Shown in pieces: positions 23,201-35,200 of a DNA stretch of 64,000 nt (position 1 is its first letter; each line of letters opens with the position of its first letter). Below the pieces are notes generated by a model that worked only from the letters and a program-made list of their open reading frames with translations, made no database searches and was not told the DNA's origin. The position numbers and the translations under genes are program-made. Origin of the DNA: Dendrobates tinctorius (taxonomy: Eukaryota); the NCBI RefSeq assembly GCF_039654945.1, contig NW_027361804.1, positions 7,316,001 to 7,380,000 of the forward strand, given 5' to 3'.

Positions 23201-26200
23201 ATATGTTGAATCAGAAGTGTCTGATAGAGGCTATTAAAAGATATGTGCACGCTCAGCTCAGTCGAGCATGCCTATAAGATTGTGGTCTGAAGTTTGGACT
23301 CAATTCCCAACAACCCATCTTTGCTGCCGCAAACTGACAAGACCACCAGCTAATATGAACAGCTCTCAGTGTTATCACATGGTAAGACACAAGCCTTGCT
23401 AGGTGATAAACAATATAATCAATATACAATATGTTATATTACTTATCTGCCCGCATTCTCCACCACTTGTGGAATATCCAGCAAAGATTCAGTCTTTACA
23501 TGTGATTTGAATTTAAAAATTTACTTAAAAAATAAATTTATTTGAATTTTGTTACATTAAATTCACCTGTGAAGACCGGATTTTTGCTGGATTTTCCATA
23601 TCATAGGTCAACTTGTGAGGTAGGCCTCTTAACTCTGGGCCTCCAAAAGTAACGTGGACATCAAGCACTGCAGCTTATATGCAGACTTGGCATTTCTCAC
23701 TACCATCATGCCAGCAGGCTTTTTCCCACAAATACTGACAAGTTGAAGCTTACACTACAACAGGAACCACATGCGGGGTAAACTATGTATACTCAATCTC
23801 ACCAAGAACACAACCTCATATCCACTTCCCAAATCTTCCTCTTGTTGGTATGAAGGGGAGTACCAGCATCACAAAAAGTGCATATCTATTGGCAATCCCA
23901 CGCGTTTTGGGACTTCATGTCCACAACAGTCTCATCCAACTAAGTGACGAACACCCCTCTTTTCCAGTAAATGTAATGAAGTATGGAGGTGGAATGCAGG
24001 ATTGAACTACAACATAATGTAGGGCCACTACTTTATGTATGGCTCGGCACTGGGGAAACAATAAAGGGGACACAGCTCGCACTGTACTGTTGGAGTCTCT
24101 GAATTCAGCTGATCGGTATCAAGCCGGAGTCAGAACTTTCATTGCTTCTCGAATAAAAGTGTCACAAAGTGACTTGTCCTGTGTGACGCGACCCGCAGGA
24201 CGGTGCTAAAACGACAGGACAAACAAGGGGAACACCGGGGAAACTGTTACACGGTGGGCCCTGCAATAGGGAACGGGGACGTGGAGACCTCCTGCACTCC
24301 CCTGAGGCAGTGTCCCTAAACACTCCTAACGTTCCCTATACAGGCTCTTCACCTGTCGCCGAGCAGGATACCTCCAATCCCTAGCTCGCCCTGCACCTAT
24401 CCCTTTCTAGGGAGCTGGTAGGTGCAGACACTAGTCCCACCGCTGTACTAATACACACAAGGGAAATACTACAAAACAGGGAAAACACACAACTTAGCTT
24501 TGCTCTGCTGCAATTGCTCCAAGCAACAGAGTACGGCACCCGGATATAGTTTCCACCTGAATAGCTGCTAATCCAAAGCTCTGGCTGAGCTGCAAGGCAC
24601 TGCTCTCAATAGCTTCTCTCTCCACCAAGGTTGGTTGGGGAATGAACAATATCACCAACAGTGATTCAGAACACCTAACACACCTTTATAGGTAGGAGCC
24701 AGAGTAATCACACCTGCTGGGTAATTTACGTGTAATAACCCCAGCAGCCACCGGGGGGGGGGCAAAACCAGCACTATAGCCACTACAGTTGTAGTAACCC
24801 CAGCGGCCACCGGGGGCAAAACCCACACTAAAGCGACTACAGTGTAGTAACCCCAGCGGCCACCGGGGGCAAAACTAACCTTAAGCCAAAGGCTTGAAGG
24901 AAAAAAAAAAAAAAGGTTATATGTGCTAGATGTGCCACAATCCAACATGGATTGTGACTGATAGGAACTGAAGGAGTTAAATTGAGTTCTGTCTATGTTG
25001 CATTCTCTTGTTTAAAACCTTATCTGTTCTTCGAGGAGATGTCTCAGACATCTCCCTTGTGAACCAAGGTCAAATACCTCTGCTTTTTCGCCTAAATGAC
25101 TTTCTTTGTCGAAAACAAGTTGTAAAATCATTTGTACTGCGCATGTCTGTAAAATGTTTACATTCTTTACTATAAAAGACGGAAGCCTAACTGATAAGCC
25201 AGAGGCGTCTTGGAGGCATCCTGAGTTGTACCATACAGCTGGTGTCTGTGTAGTTCTTCTCCACGGAGCTGATTTAATTAGAGACATATGATGCTTCACA
25301 CCCAAGAACATCGGTCCTTCAGATGAAAGAGTAATCTGAGGGATCCCGACAGTTTCCTGGCGCCCGAAACAGGGACCTGATATAGGCACCTCTCCAAGAC
25401 TACCCGATCTACAGACCACTCCAGTTACTGATGAAATTGTGAACAGCAGACCTAAACACCTGGCCAGGTAAGAGATCAATTTTTCTCTTCTCTGCTCTTC
25501 ATAATCTATCATTATAACTAAGGTCCGTATAAAGGGGAATCTAGTAGAGGAGGGGGCCGTAAAATCAGGTCCATATAAGAACTCTGAGGAAATCGGGTGT
25601 GACACGCATATGTAATTTCTGCTCGAATGAGAGGTTACTGTAGGTTCTGTGTGTGCACAGCTATTTTTAGAAAAAGAGCTGATGCAAATCAAAATGGGAG
25701 AGGTCTGACATTATGGAATATAAGGCTGGGTGAACAGTTCATACTGCGCAGCCCGGACGGACAAGTTTTTCACAATAGACGGTTCCGCACTAGGAATAGA
25801 GGAGGTTGTTGAATGGCTACTTTGATTTGAAGGACTGTGAAAAGTAGACAAATAAGCTGCACAGTAGGTATTCGTTCAAAGAGTGGTGATATTGCCTAAC
25901 TGGGTCATGTGACAGCGTCCTTTCGGGGAGGTCACCGCCTAAGCTTAAATCAACACCCTTTACGAATAAACCTTGTGACAGATAAGAGTGTGACCGAATG
26001 AGCACAGGACCGTGAAATGAGCCTGTGACAGGATATGACTGAAGAACCCCGACAGATGGACACTTTATTTACAATCCTGTGTGTTGTGGGAGTATTTCTG
26101 TTCGGATGCTACATAGCATATAAGTACACGAAACACGTAGTACACCGAGGAACAGACACTCCATTTAGCCTGTTAGCACCTTAGGAAGAAGGTAACGAGG

Positions 26201-29200
26201 TATAGTAGAGCCTAGTCTTGAGCTTACCCAATACACCACCTAAGGCAGGGGACTAACAGGAAGACAACAAGAGAGACAGGATAAGAATAAAAGATAAGAT
26301 GGGGAACAGTCAGGGAAAGATACCTGAAGAAGGAAATCGGTTATGTGATATAATTGAGGATAGATATGGAAGTAGTGCAGCAAAGAACCTGGAAAAAGTA
26401 TTAATCAAATCCAAAGTGCAAGATAGGCAGGCTGTGTGAATCCTTGTATATATGTCTATGAGAACCTCTGAATAAGATGAAAGATGAGTAATTGAGTAAA
26501 AAAAAAAAAATCAGTGAATGAGCACGTATGAATGAATCATCACACATCATTTTTGTGTCAAGAGATTTGTGACCTTTCTAGTTGTGGTGGAATCCCGGAC
26601 AGATGCGTTATAGATATTTCAAATCTACATCTGAGACTGAATGAATTGAGTAATGATATAGTTCGTGTTATATGTGGCATTACATTGTAAAGTTTCCTGA
26701 ATGCATGTGGCCAGAAAAAGGGCAAGGCATGGTTAATCTCATTATACAGTTATCTGCCCTTACAGTGAAATCCCGTGATTTTGAGTTTCTTTGTAGAAAT
26801 TGATTTTGATAAGTCTAAAGAACTACAGAATTCTGTGAAGGACGACGCTGCATTCTGATGGGAGGGGGGAATGATACCGCTGCGTAGTTTTTCTTCTCCC
26901 TTCGCTCTTATCTCTGCTGAGTGTGAGCTGTGCTCAAAATTCTCTGTAATTCTATCCGTAAGGAACGCGCTGAAAGATTTGTGCATTTTAAAGCAACAGT
27001 ACTTAATTGAAGATTGGAAGTTAAAAGTAAGATATGGTGCCTAATTTAGAAGGGAATTGTAAGTGATTGTTTGGTCATTGTAAGTGATTGCTTGGTCATT
27101 AATGTGTTTGAACCTGCTTCTAGTTGTGTGATTGATTTGTATAGCAAATTGTGTCAAATTACAAGAGACAGAGAAGGAAGGAAGCAGTAAAACAAGTGGG
27201 ACAAATATTGAAAAAGGCAAAAATACCAGAGTGTGAAAGTTTGGATGTACAAAAAGGCACAGACAAGGGAAGAAAATAGCAAGTGAATAAATGATGCTTG
27301 AGAATGTGCAGCAGTGTGGAAGGTGTATTATGAATGTTTGATTGACAAAGTGTAACCAGAGACCCAGACAAAACAGATGGACTTGTAAACACTGTGGTCA
27401 GACTCAGACAAACCCAGACTGAATAGCTACTTGTGTGACCTGTGCTACTGACCTAAGAGAATTGCACTAAATCCTATCCAGACAAGATCATAAGAAGCTG
27501 ACATAATAGTGTGGATAGTGGGTAGTGGGACATTGGCCCTTGAGGAGTAAGCTGACAGTAGACATCAGACGGCCAACCCCATCAGGACCTAGAAGTGTGA
27601 CTAGAATAAGAAAGATACAGGTGTATTATCCCTGGAGCCCCTCTGACCAGCTAGCTTTGCTGAAGCAGCTGCCTGCCCCTGAAGACCAACCATTCCCGTT
27701 TTACAGACACATAAAGGAAGTACAGCAGACATATAAGTGTACCTGGGCAGACCTAGAGAGGTTGATGAGTTTAAAGGCAGGTGACGCACTAGATCATATA
27801 ATTAAGACACACAGATGTGACAAAGAATCAGGCTTGGGGCATGGATGATAAATCTGCACGATCTGGGGAGACGTACTGTGAGTCACTAAGACAATGGGCT
27901 GCAGTGGAACAATCAGAGCAGTCTGTACTCCTGACTAATGTGACACAGCAAAGAGGAGAGAGAGTAGAGATATACCTTGGACGGTTACAGCTGAAATGGG
28001 CAGACATGGGGTACATTTGCATAAACCCACTTGATGTTAGAATACTGGTGGATGCATTCATTGACGGTATGAACAAAGACTTACGAGACGCAGTACAGAC
28101 AGCCAGACCTGAATGGAGACATGTAGATCCGAAAGACCTCCTTAAGGTAGCTAAAGAAATTGAGCAAACAAGGACAATAAAACGACCTGTCATGTATGCT
28201 GGAGCACAAGGAAAAAAGTGGAGACGTAATAGGGAAGGCATGTGAGATGACACTGACGTTTCTTTTGACAATCTATTCCCCACATGACATCCATGCCATA
28301 CTCCTACAAGTTCAACCAAAACATCTGTCTATGGCCAGACAGCTCAGACTTGAGTGTGCTCGACTAATTCCTGAGTATGTCACTCCTCAAAAGATGTAAC
28401 GTTCTGAATCCAGCCACCCTCCTGCCTGTGGATTCAGAAAAGGGGGAATTGGTGACCGTATTGGCAAGTGAGGAAGGATACTTTGACATGACGCATGAAC
28501 ATGTCTGCATAGAACTGATGAGTCAGGAGACAGTTGGGTTTGCACACATTCATGAAAAACCTGTTCCTAATGCAGACTTTGAGTTTCTTTTTTGTAGATG
28601 GCCCCAGATACCACCAGGATGGACGATTCTACACTGGATATGCAGTAGTATCCTCACATGAGGTAATCCGAGCGGAACCACTCTCTCCTCACATGTCGGC
28701 GCAGGAGGCAGAGTTGAAGGCACTCACTGAGGCGTGTAGAGCCGCTGCAGGTAAAGTCGCTAATATTTTCACAGATTCGAAGCCCATTAAAAATGCAGAG
28801 CTGTTGAAACAATTGATGGAGGCATTGATGTTACCAGTCCAGGTTGGCATTGTCAAGGTAAAAGCACACACAAAGGTGACTCCGTGGAGGTAGAGGGCAA
28901 TAGAAGGGCGAACGAGGCTGCTAAAATAGCACAAGGCGGCCTAGAGAGAGCAGTGGACGGTGGCGGGGAGTCAGCGTATTCCAGCCACATTGGGTCTAGA
29001 TGTCCTGAAATCCCTCCAGCAAAAGGCTGCCCAAACAGAGAAGGTACACCGAGGGAGACTGGGAGCTGAGCTGAACTCAAATGGAGTATGGGAGAATAAG
29101 GATAAAATGTGCCCACCAAAGTCCCTGTTCCCAATCATGGCGCAAGCAGCACATGGCCCCAATCACACCTCAAAAAGTCACATGTGTGCCATGGTAGATG

Positions 29201-32200
29201 CCTTCTGGATCGCTCCTGGCTTCAGTTGCGCAGCCGCGAAACTTGTACAATCATGCCTCATCTGTGCACAGCACAACCCAGGTAAAACAGTAAAAGTCCC
29301 TAAGAAAGCGACACCTAGGCCTCTCTACCCGTTTCAGAGACGGCAGATTGACGACATACAGCTACCAAGGTAGGAGTGTATGCAAATATCCTAGTATGTG
29401 TAGATCTCTTCTCTGGATGGCCAGAGGCCTACCCGGTGAAAACGGCTACAGCTCGAGCCACTGCAAAGAAACTGGTGATGGAACTAATACCACGATTCGG
29501 TGTCCCTGAAACAATTGAATCAGACAGAGGTACACACTTTACTGCTGAGGTAATGCAAAATGTAATGCAAATGATAGGTGTAGAACAAGCATTTCATACA
29601 CCCTACCACCCACAGAGTTCAGGGAAGGTAGAAAGAATGAACGGGACACTGAAATTGAAAATACAGAAAACCATGGAGCAGACCCATAGACCATGGCCAG
29701 AGTGTCTCCCATTAGCATTATTCTCAGTAAGGTACACACCCACGGGGAAAACTAAACTGTCACCCTTCGAGATACTGTTTGGAAGACCACCGAACACAGG
29801 GTTGTACTACCCACAGGTCTTAACACTCAATGTGGATAATTTGACAAGTTATGTAATCCAGTTGCAAAAGCATTTAACTCAAATGCATTCTCTAGTTTTC
29901 TCTTCCATTCCAGATCCAGATAGTGTGGAAGGAACTCACTGTCTACAACCTGGTGATTACGTATATGTCAAGAAACACTCCAGAAAGACCCTTGAACCCC
30001 GATATCAAGGACCTTACCAAGTACTCCTAACAACGCCTACTTCTGTTAAGTTGGAAGGACGACCAACCTGGATCCACGCATCGCATTGCAAACTAGCCAC
30101 AGGAGTTAACAAAGCATAAGAGTGCATAATGTTTTGGTTTGGTTTTGTTGCATTATCTGTAATAATGGTAGCTGCGTGGGACAATCTAAATTCTCCAATG
30201 TCCTTGAATAATAAGTTTATACAACATCATGAAAAATTACTGAATGATTGGTCAAATCATTTGCTGGATCTGCACACATTCAGCAGTATCAGCCACTAGT
30301 ATTCCGTTCCTTGTTATTCCTATGCCACCCGAGGAATTATTTGCCTGGACCAGTTGTTCTGATACACTTGCTAATAATGCCACAAATAATGTGAAGTTAT
30401 GGAACACAACTGTTGGTATACCTATTGTGGGATGGGTAGGATACCCTTGGTGGCAGGGTAATCTTTCAGGAAGTAATACATACCTTCAATATCTGGCATA
30501 TAAAGGGGGGGCTTGGGTACCCAGGAATAGAACTCGATTAACCTACCTGGGGCAAATTCCAATGTATGGCCTACAAGTTAGTTTTAATGTAACTTCCCAC
30601 TCTACTGATGCCTTCAAACCAATACTGCTAGAAAGAAGGTTGCATAACACGTCCTGGGAGTATTCCAATTTATTTCCCCAGGGCAATAATGAAACTTGTT
30701 TTAATATTTCAGGTAATATACCTTGCAACGAGTCATCTGGATATGAGAAAGGAACTCCCACCTGTGGAAATCCCGATGTAGGGTATTGTAGCCCTTTAGG
30801 ACAACTTCCAAATTGGTGTATGCTTCAGAATGTATCTGCGTTCATAGATTTAGTTCATAGACTGGTATTACAACATTCAGCCCTATGGGACCTACCTAGT
30901 GACATGTTCTGGGTATGTGGAGACAATGCATATAAATGGTTGCCAGTAGGGGTAAAAGGTGCTTGTACTCTGGGTCGTTTGACTCCAGCTACCTTTGTTA
31001 TTCCGAATGACCAGTTGAATACTCAGAGCATACCTAAACACACGTTGTACAAAAGAGCTGCTGACAATACACCTCGCCTCTCTGGGAGACCACATATAGT
31101 GCAGATGAGTGTGGCCAATAAAATTGTCAGCTCTATTTTTATTTATCCTATGATTACTCAAATGTGGGATAAATTAGTCAGGGCTACAGATTACTTAGAT
31201 GACCAAATATGGGATATATTGGATATATTGAACACCACCGTTGCTGTCCAAAATCAGCTCATCATAGCCACTAATCAGCATACCATAGTATTAGATTATT
31301 TAACTGCAGCGCAAGGAGGTATGTGTCAGGTCATCGGACCAGCTTGCTGTCATTATATAGATCCCAACAGCATTATAAAGTTAAAATTAAAAATAGAGGA
31401 TGTTCAAAAACTTAGAGATCAGTACGATAAAGACAATGATCGTACTAAGGATAGTTGGTGGTCAGATACATTCTCCTTTCTTAATCCAGCTAATTGGTTT
31501 AAGGGTATTGGAGGCTGGATAGCTGGGATTATACTAAGTCTATTACGTATTGTTGTTTGTATCTTCGTAATATATGTGCTATTGAAACTTGTTTTTTGGT
31601 GTATCTCTGTATGCAAGAAAAGATGTAGAAATAGATAAGGAAGTTTGACTGTAAACAACAAGAATTTAACTATTATTCCTTTGAGTCCTAGATTGACATC
31701 TCATTTCTGGCATGAAGGAGCGTACTCTTGCAATGATGGACGTGGCTTCAGTATCTGGGGGATGGAGAAGGTAGAAGACCTGTCTCCCTTGGGCAACCCG
31801 TCGGCCTGGGATAGTACCTGGTGAACGAGCCACTATCCGCTGTTGTTGCAGGATCCAGTGTTCCAGATTGTGGAAAATGAAGATGTCAAAGGGGGGAATG
31901 ATAGGAACTGAAGGAGTTAAATTGAGTTCTGTCTATGTTGCATTCTCTTGTTTAAAACCTTATCTGTTCTTCGAGGAGATGTCTCAGACATCTCCCTTGT
32001 GAACCAAGGTCAAATACCTCTGCTTTTTCGCCTAAATGACTTTCTTTGTCGAAAACAAGTTGTAAAATCATTTGTACTGCGCATGTCTGTAAAATGTTTA
32101 CATTCTTTACTATAAAAGACGGAAGCCTAACTGATAAGCCAGAGGCGTCTTGGAGGCATCCTGAGTTGTACCATACAGCTGGTGTCTGTGTAGTTCTTCT

Positions 32201-35200
32201 CCACGGAGCTGATTTAATTAGAGACATATGATGCTTCACACCCAAGAACATCGGTCCTTCAGATGAAAGAGTAATCTGAGGGATCCCGACATGACAAAAA
32301 GCAGTTATGTTACAGTTGGGTTTACTTTCGCTGGCATTGTTAGACATCTTACTTCTTCCTTTGGTAGCCCCCCATCCTGCAGTCAGACAGCTGTCAGGTC
32401 CAAACTTTTCAGCTTCTTGCGGCAAACATATTACAGTCACGGAATCACCTTAAATAAGGGAGAGAGAAGTCTACAGAATGTCAAGCCTCATATAGGCAAT
32501 GTAATAAAACGTTGTCTGCAGTTATATGGATAATGTTCCCCCAGCTTGAATGGTGAAACGGCTTACTAATGCACCGACGCATTTCAAGCTCCCTGTGAAG
32601 GATGTGAGACAACTCTACTGAATTTATGATGGTAGCCATATTGGTTGTCAGTATAAAGCTATCCATTAAGGGTTTAGTGTATGAGGCAGACTCCCGACAT
32701 CCCTACCATTCAGGTACTTGGTAACTGTCCCGATTTAGCCCATAAAAATGTACCAAATTTGGCATTTAAAGTAATGGAACCAATATGTCTCAGTTCCATT
32801 TACTTGAATTGGACTAAACTGCTGTAAGATGCAGTACCAGGCAAAGCCACAATTCGACATGTCACTGTACCTGGGTGTAGGGAATGTGGTGCCAACTTAC
32901 ACCGTGGACCATTTATTCAGTTAATTTAGGGAGAGTGATTGGAGTCTAACCAACTCCGTTCAGGTATTGCTGGTCTACCATAAGGATAAGCCATCGATAT
33001 GATCGTCCTAGAAAAATCGCTTCTTACCCAAGAGAAGAGGAAACTCAAGCTCTAGTAGGCAGAGGTCGTAATCTGGAGGAACCAGGTCATTGTCGTACAG
33101 TTCGTGAATGTAGGATTTTCTTACTACGGCTTCTGTCCTGTTAGCAGAAGACCGGTCTACGTGTCCTAGGATCACTCTGTCTGACCCAACACTGCGAAAA
33201 GGAGGACAGCATTCATCATAACATGTATAGGACTTCACATGGACCCTTCAAAATGTACTGTTTAGTCAAATTTGCCCCAAAAACAACATAGAGGCAGTTT
33301 CCTTGCACAAGTGGCCATGGTTTTGGGTGGTCTTGAGAGTACCCATCACCCATGGTCGTTCCACTAAGATTGGGTCACCCCCACCCAGTTTCTCCTCCCT
33401 CACAAAACTTTTCAATCAGAACCATTTTTCTATTGAATGATGTAGAGAGAGGGGGGCTTCATAGATAATTTCCCCCCAAAAATTCCACTTTTGGGAAAGT
33501 TATTGACCCTATGGCACAGTCATAGGATATTTTTAATTCCTTTTAAAATTATCTTTACGTTGAGTTATAACGAGAACATTTACACAAAGTTGCAGTGCGC
33601 CGCAGTCAGCAACCATTTCTCATGGATGATTGTCGCCCCACAGAAAGAATCTCCCCATTGGTCCTCAAGGTTGGCAATCCAAGGCCAGGACCTGGGCAGA
33701 GCGTTCTGACCTCCCACAACTCGAGGAGTCCCTTTTTCATCTGTAACAACTTCAGTCATTGAAGCAGACTTGGTTTTTGGCATGGGATCTACAGAAGAGA
33801 CCCCACAGAGGTCTACAAAAAGAAATCAAAAACACGGTTGTTTTAAGGTCATGACTCACTGACTTTGGTGCCAAGCACTCATTAATATATTTGTGAAATA
33901 TAGGACATTATATGGTAGACTGAATTACCATAATCAACCGCAACCTCCACAGATCTCCATGTCTCCATGACGGAAGACCTATTTCTCTCACCGTAACGAA
34001 TATGGAAACCGCGACTACTCACAGAGTTGTCGGTGTGGAAGTGAAGAATTAGGAAGCCGCTTCTGGAGATGAAGACACGATTGGACTTATTTCCGCAAAG
34101 TGATACTAGGAGAAGAAAAGTAAACTAGATGGCATCCCCACAAGAGACAATGATATATTCGTTATCATTTACCAAAATATTTTATTTTTATATTAAGTAG
34201 ATTCAAAATTGCTCCCAGGATTATTTCCTAGAATAAAGATATAGACAAAATTACTCCATTTTTCTGACACCACGTACAAATTCCTTATAGAATTCTGTCT
34301 ACCTGCAGCCTCCACTAGGGGGAGCTAAATGCATACTGATAATCAATAGAACTCAATAGTAACCCAGTATGCAGTAAGCTCTTGAGCTCGCCTAGTGGTA
34401 GAACTTTATAATTTAGCAGAAGATTTGAAGCTTCATATCATGAGAAAGGAAAAATAATCTCTTCCCCTCTCACAACACTTTCAAAAACAATAAAGCTTAC
34501 CCAACAAGGTGGTATCATTACCGTCTCCATCATAAATACTTAAAAAATCCCATGTGCAGTTTGGAGAGTCCTCCAGTCCTAGGTCTACAATGTATAACGC
34601 AAGCTCATGCCCAGATTCAGAAGAAATGATCCAACGACAATCAAGTCCACTAAGGTAAGTCACCGGATACCCGGGTGATTTTAACTTGGATGTTCCAGCT
34701 CTTAAAACTTTCAGAACGGGGCAACCTGAAAAGGTAAAAATGATCAAAGAAGAAGAAAATATTTTAAAAAAAATCATATCGAAACACATGACAAGTAGTC
34801 AATATCTAAAATGCCTGACCAAGGTACTCAGATCTTGGAGAGGAGTGCACCAAAAATTGTGAAGTGGTATATTAAGACACCTAGCATGAAGGATTGAGTG
34901 AACTCTGAAATTCGAAAATTTAAATTTTTTCATTGAGAAAATTACTTACTGAGATTAGACAAATCCTCGCTGTGATTTATAGAATCTAAAAAAAGCAAAA
35001 ACATTATATATATTACTGGTTAACAAAGTTCCATCTCTGTTGACCTTCTACCCTCTTTGGGGGTCTTCTTTATAGATCTGTTAACTTTTTTTATATTGTG
35101 TAGGGTACGGCCACACGGTAACGGCTTTATATTGTGTAGCGTACGGCCACACGGTAACGGCTTTATATTGTGTAGCGTACGGCCACACGGTAACGGCTTT

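Larger units (their letters stand above)
24959..32291 (+). mobile_element. Endogenous retrovirus (class I, gamma/epsilon-like), defective provirus 7333 bp
   Basis: TG..CA LTRs 24959-25351 and 31899-32291; 4-bp TSD TGAC; PBS; PPT; gag, RNase H, IN and env remnants. Confidence 0.96.

Noticed and set aside
25012-25692. 226-aa antisense ORF across the 5' LTR (and 31952..32440)
   Set aside because: No recognisable motifs; the second is an ovch1 exon reading through into LTR sequence. An HBZ-like antisense gene cannot be supported.
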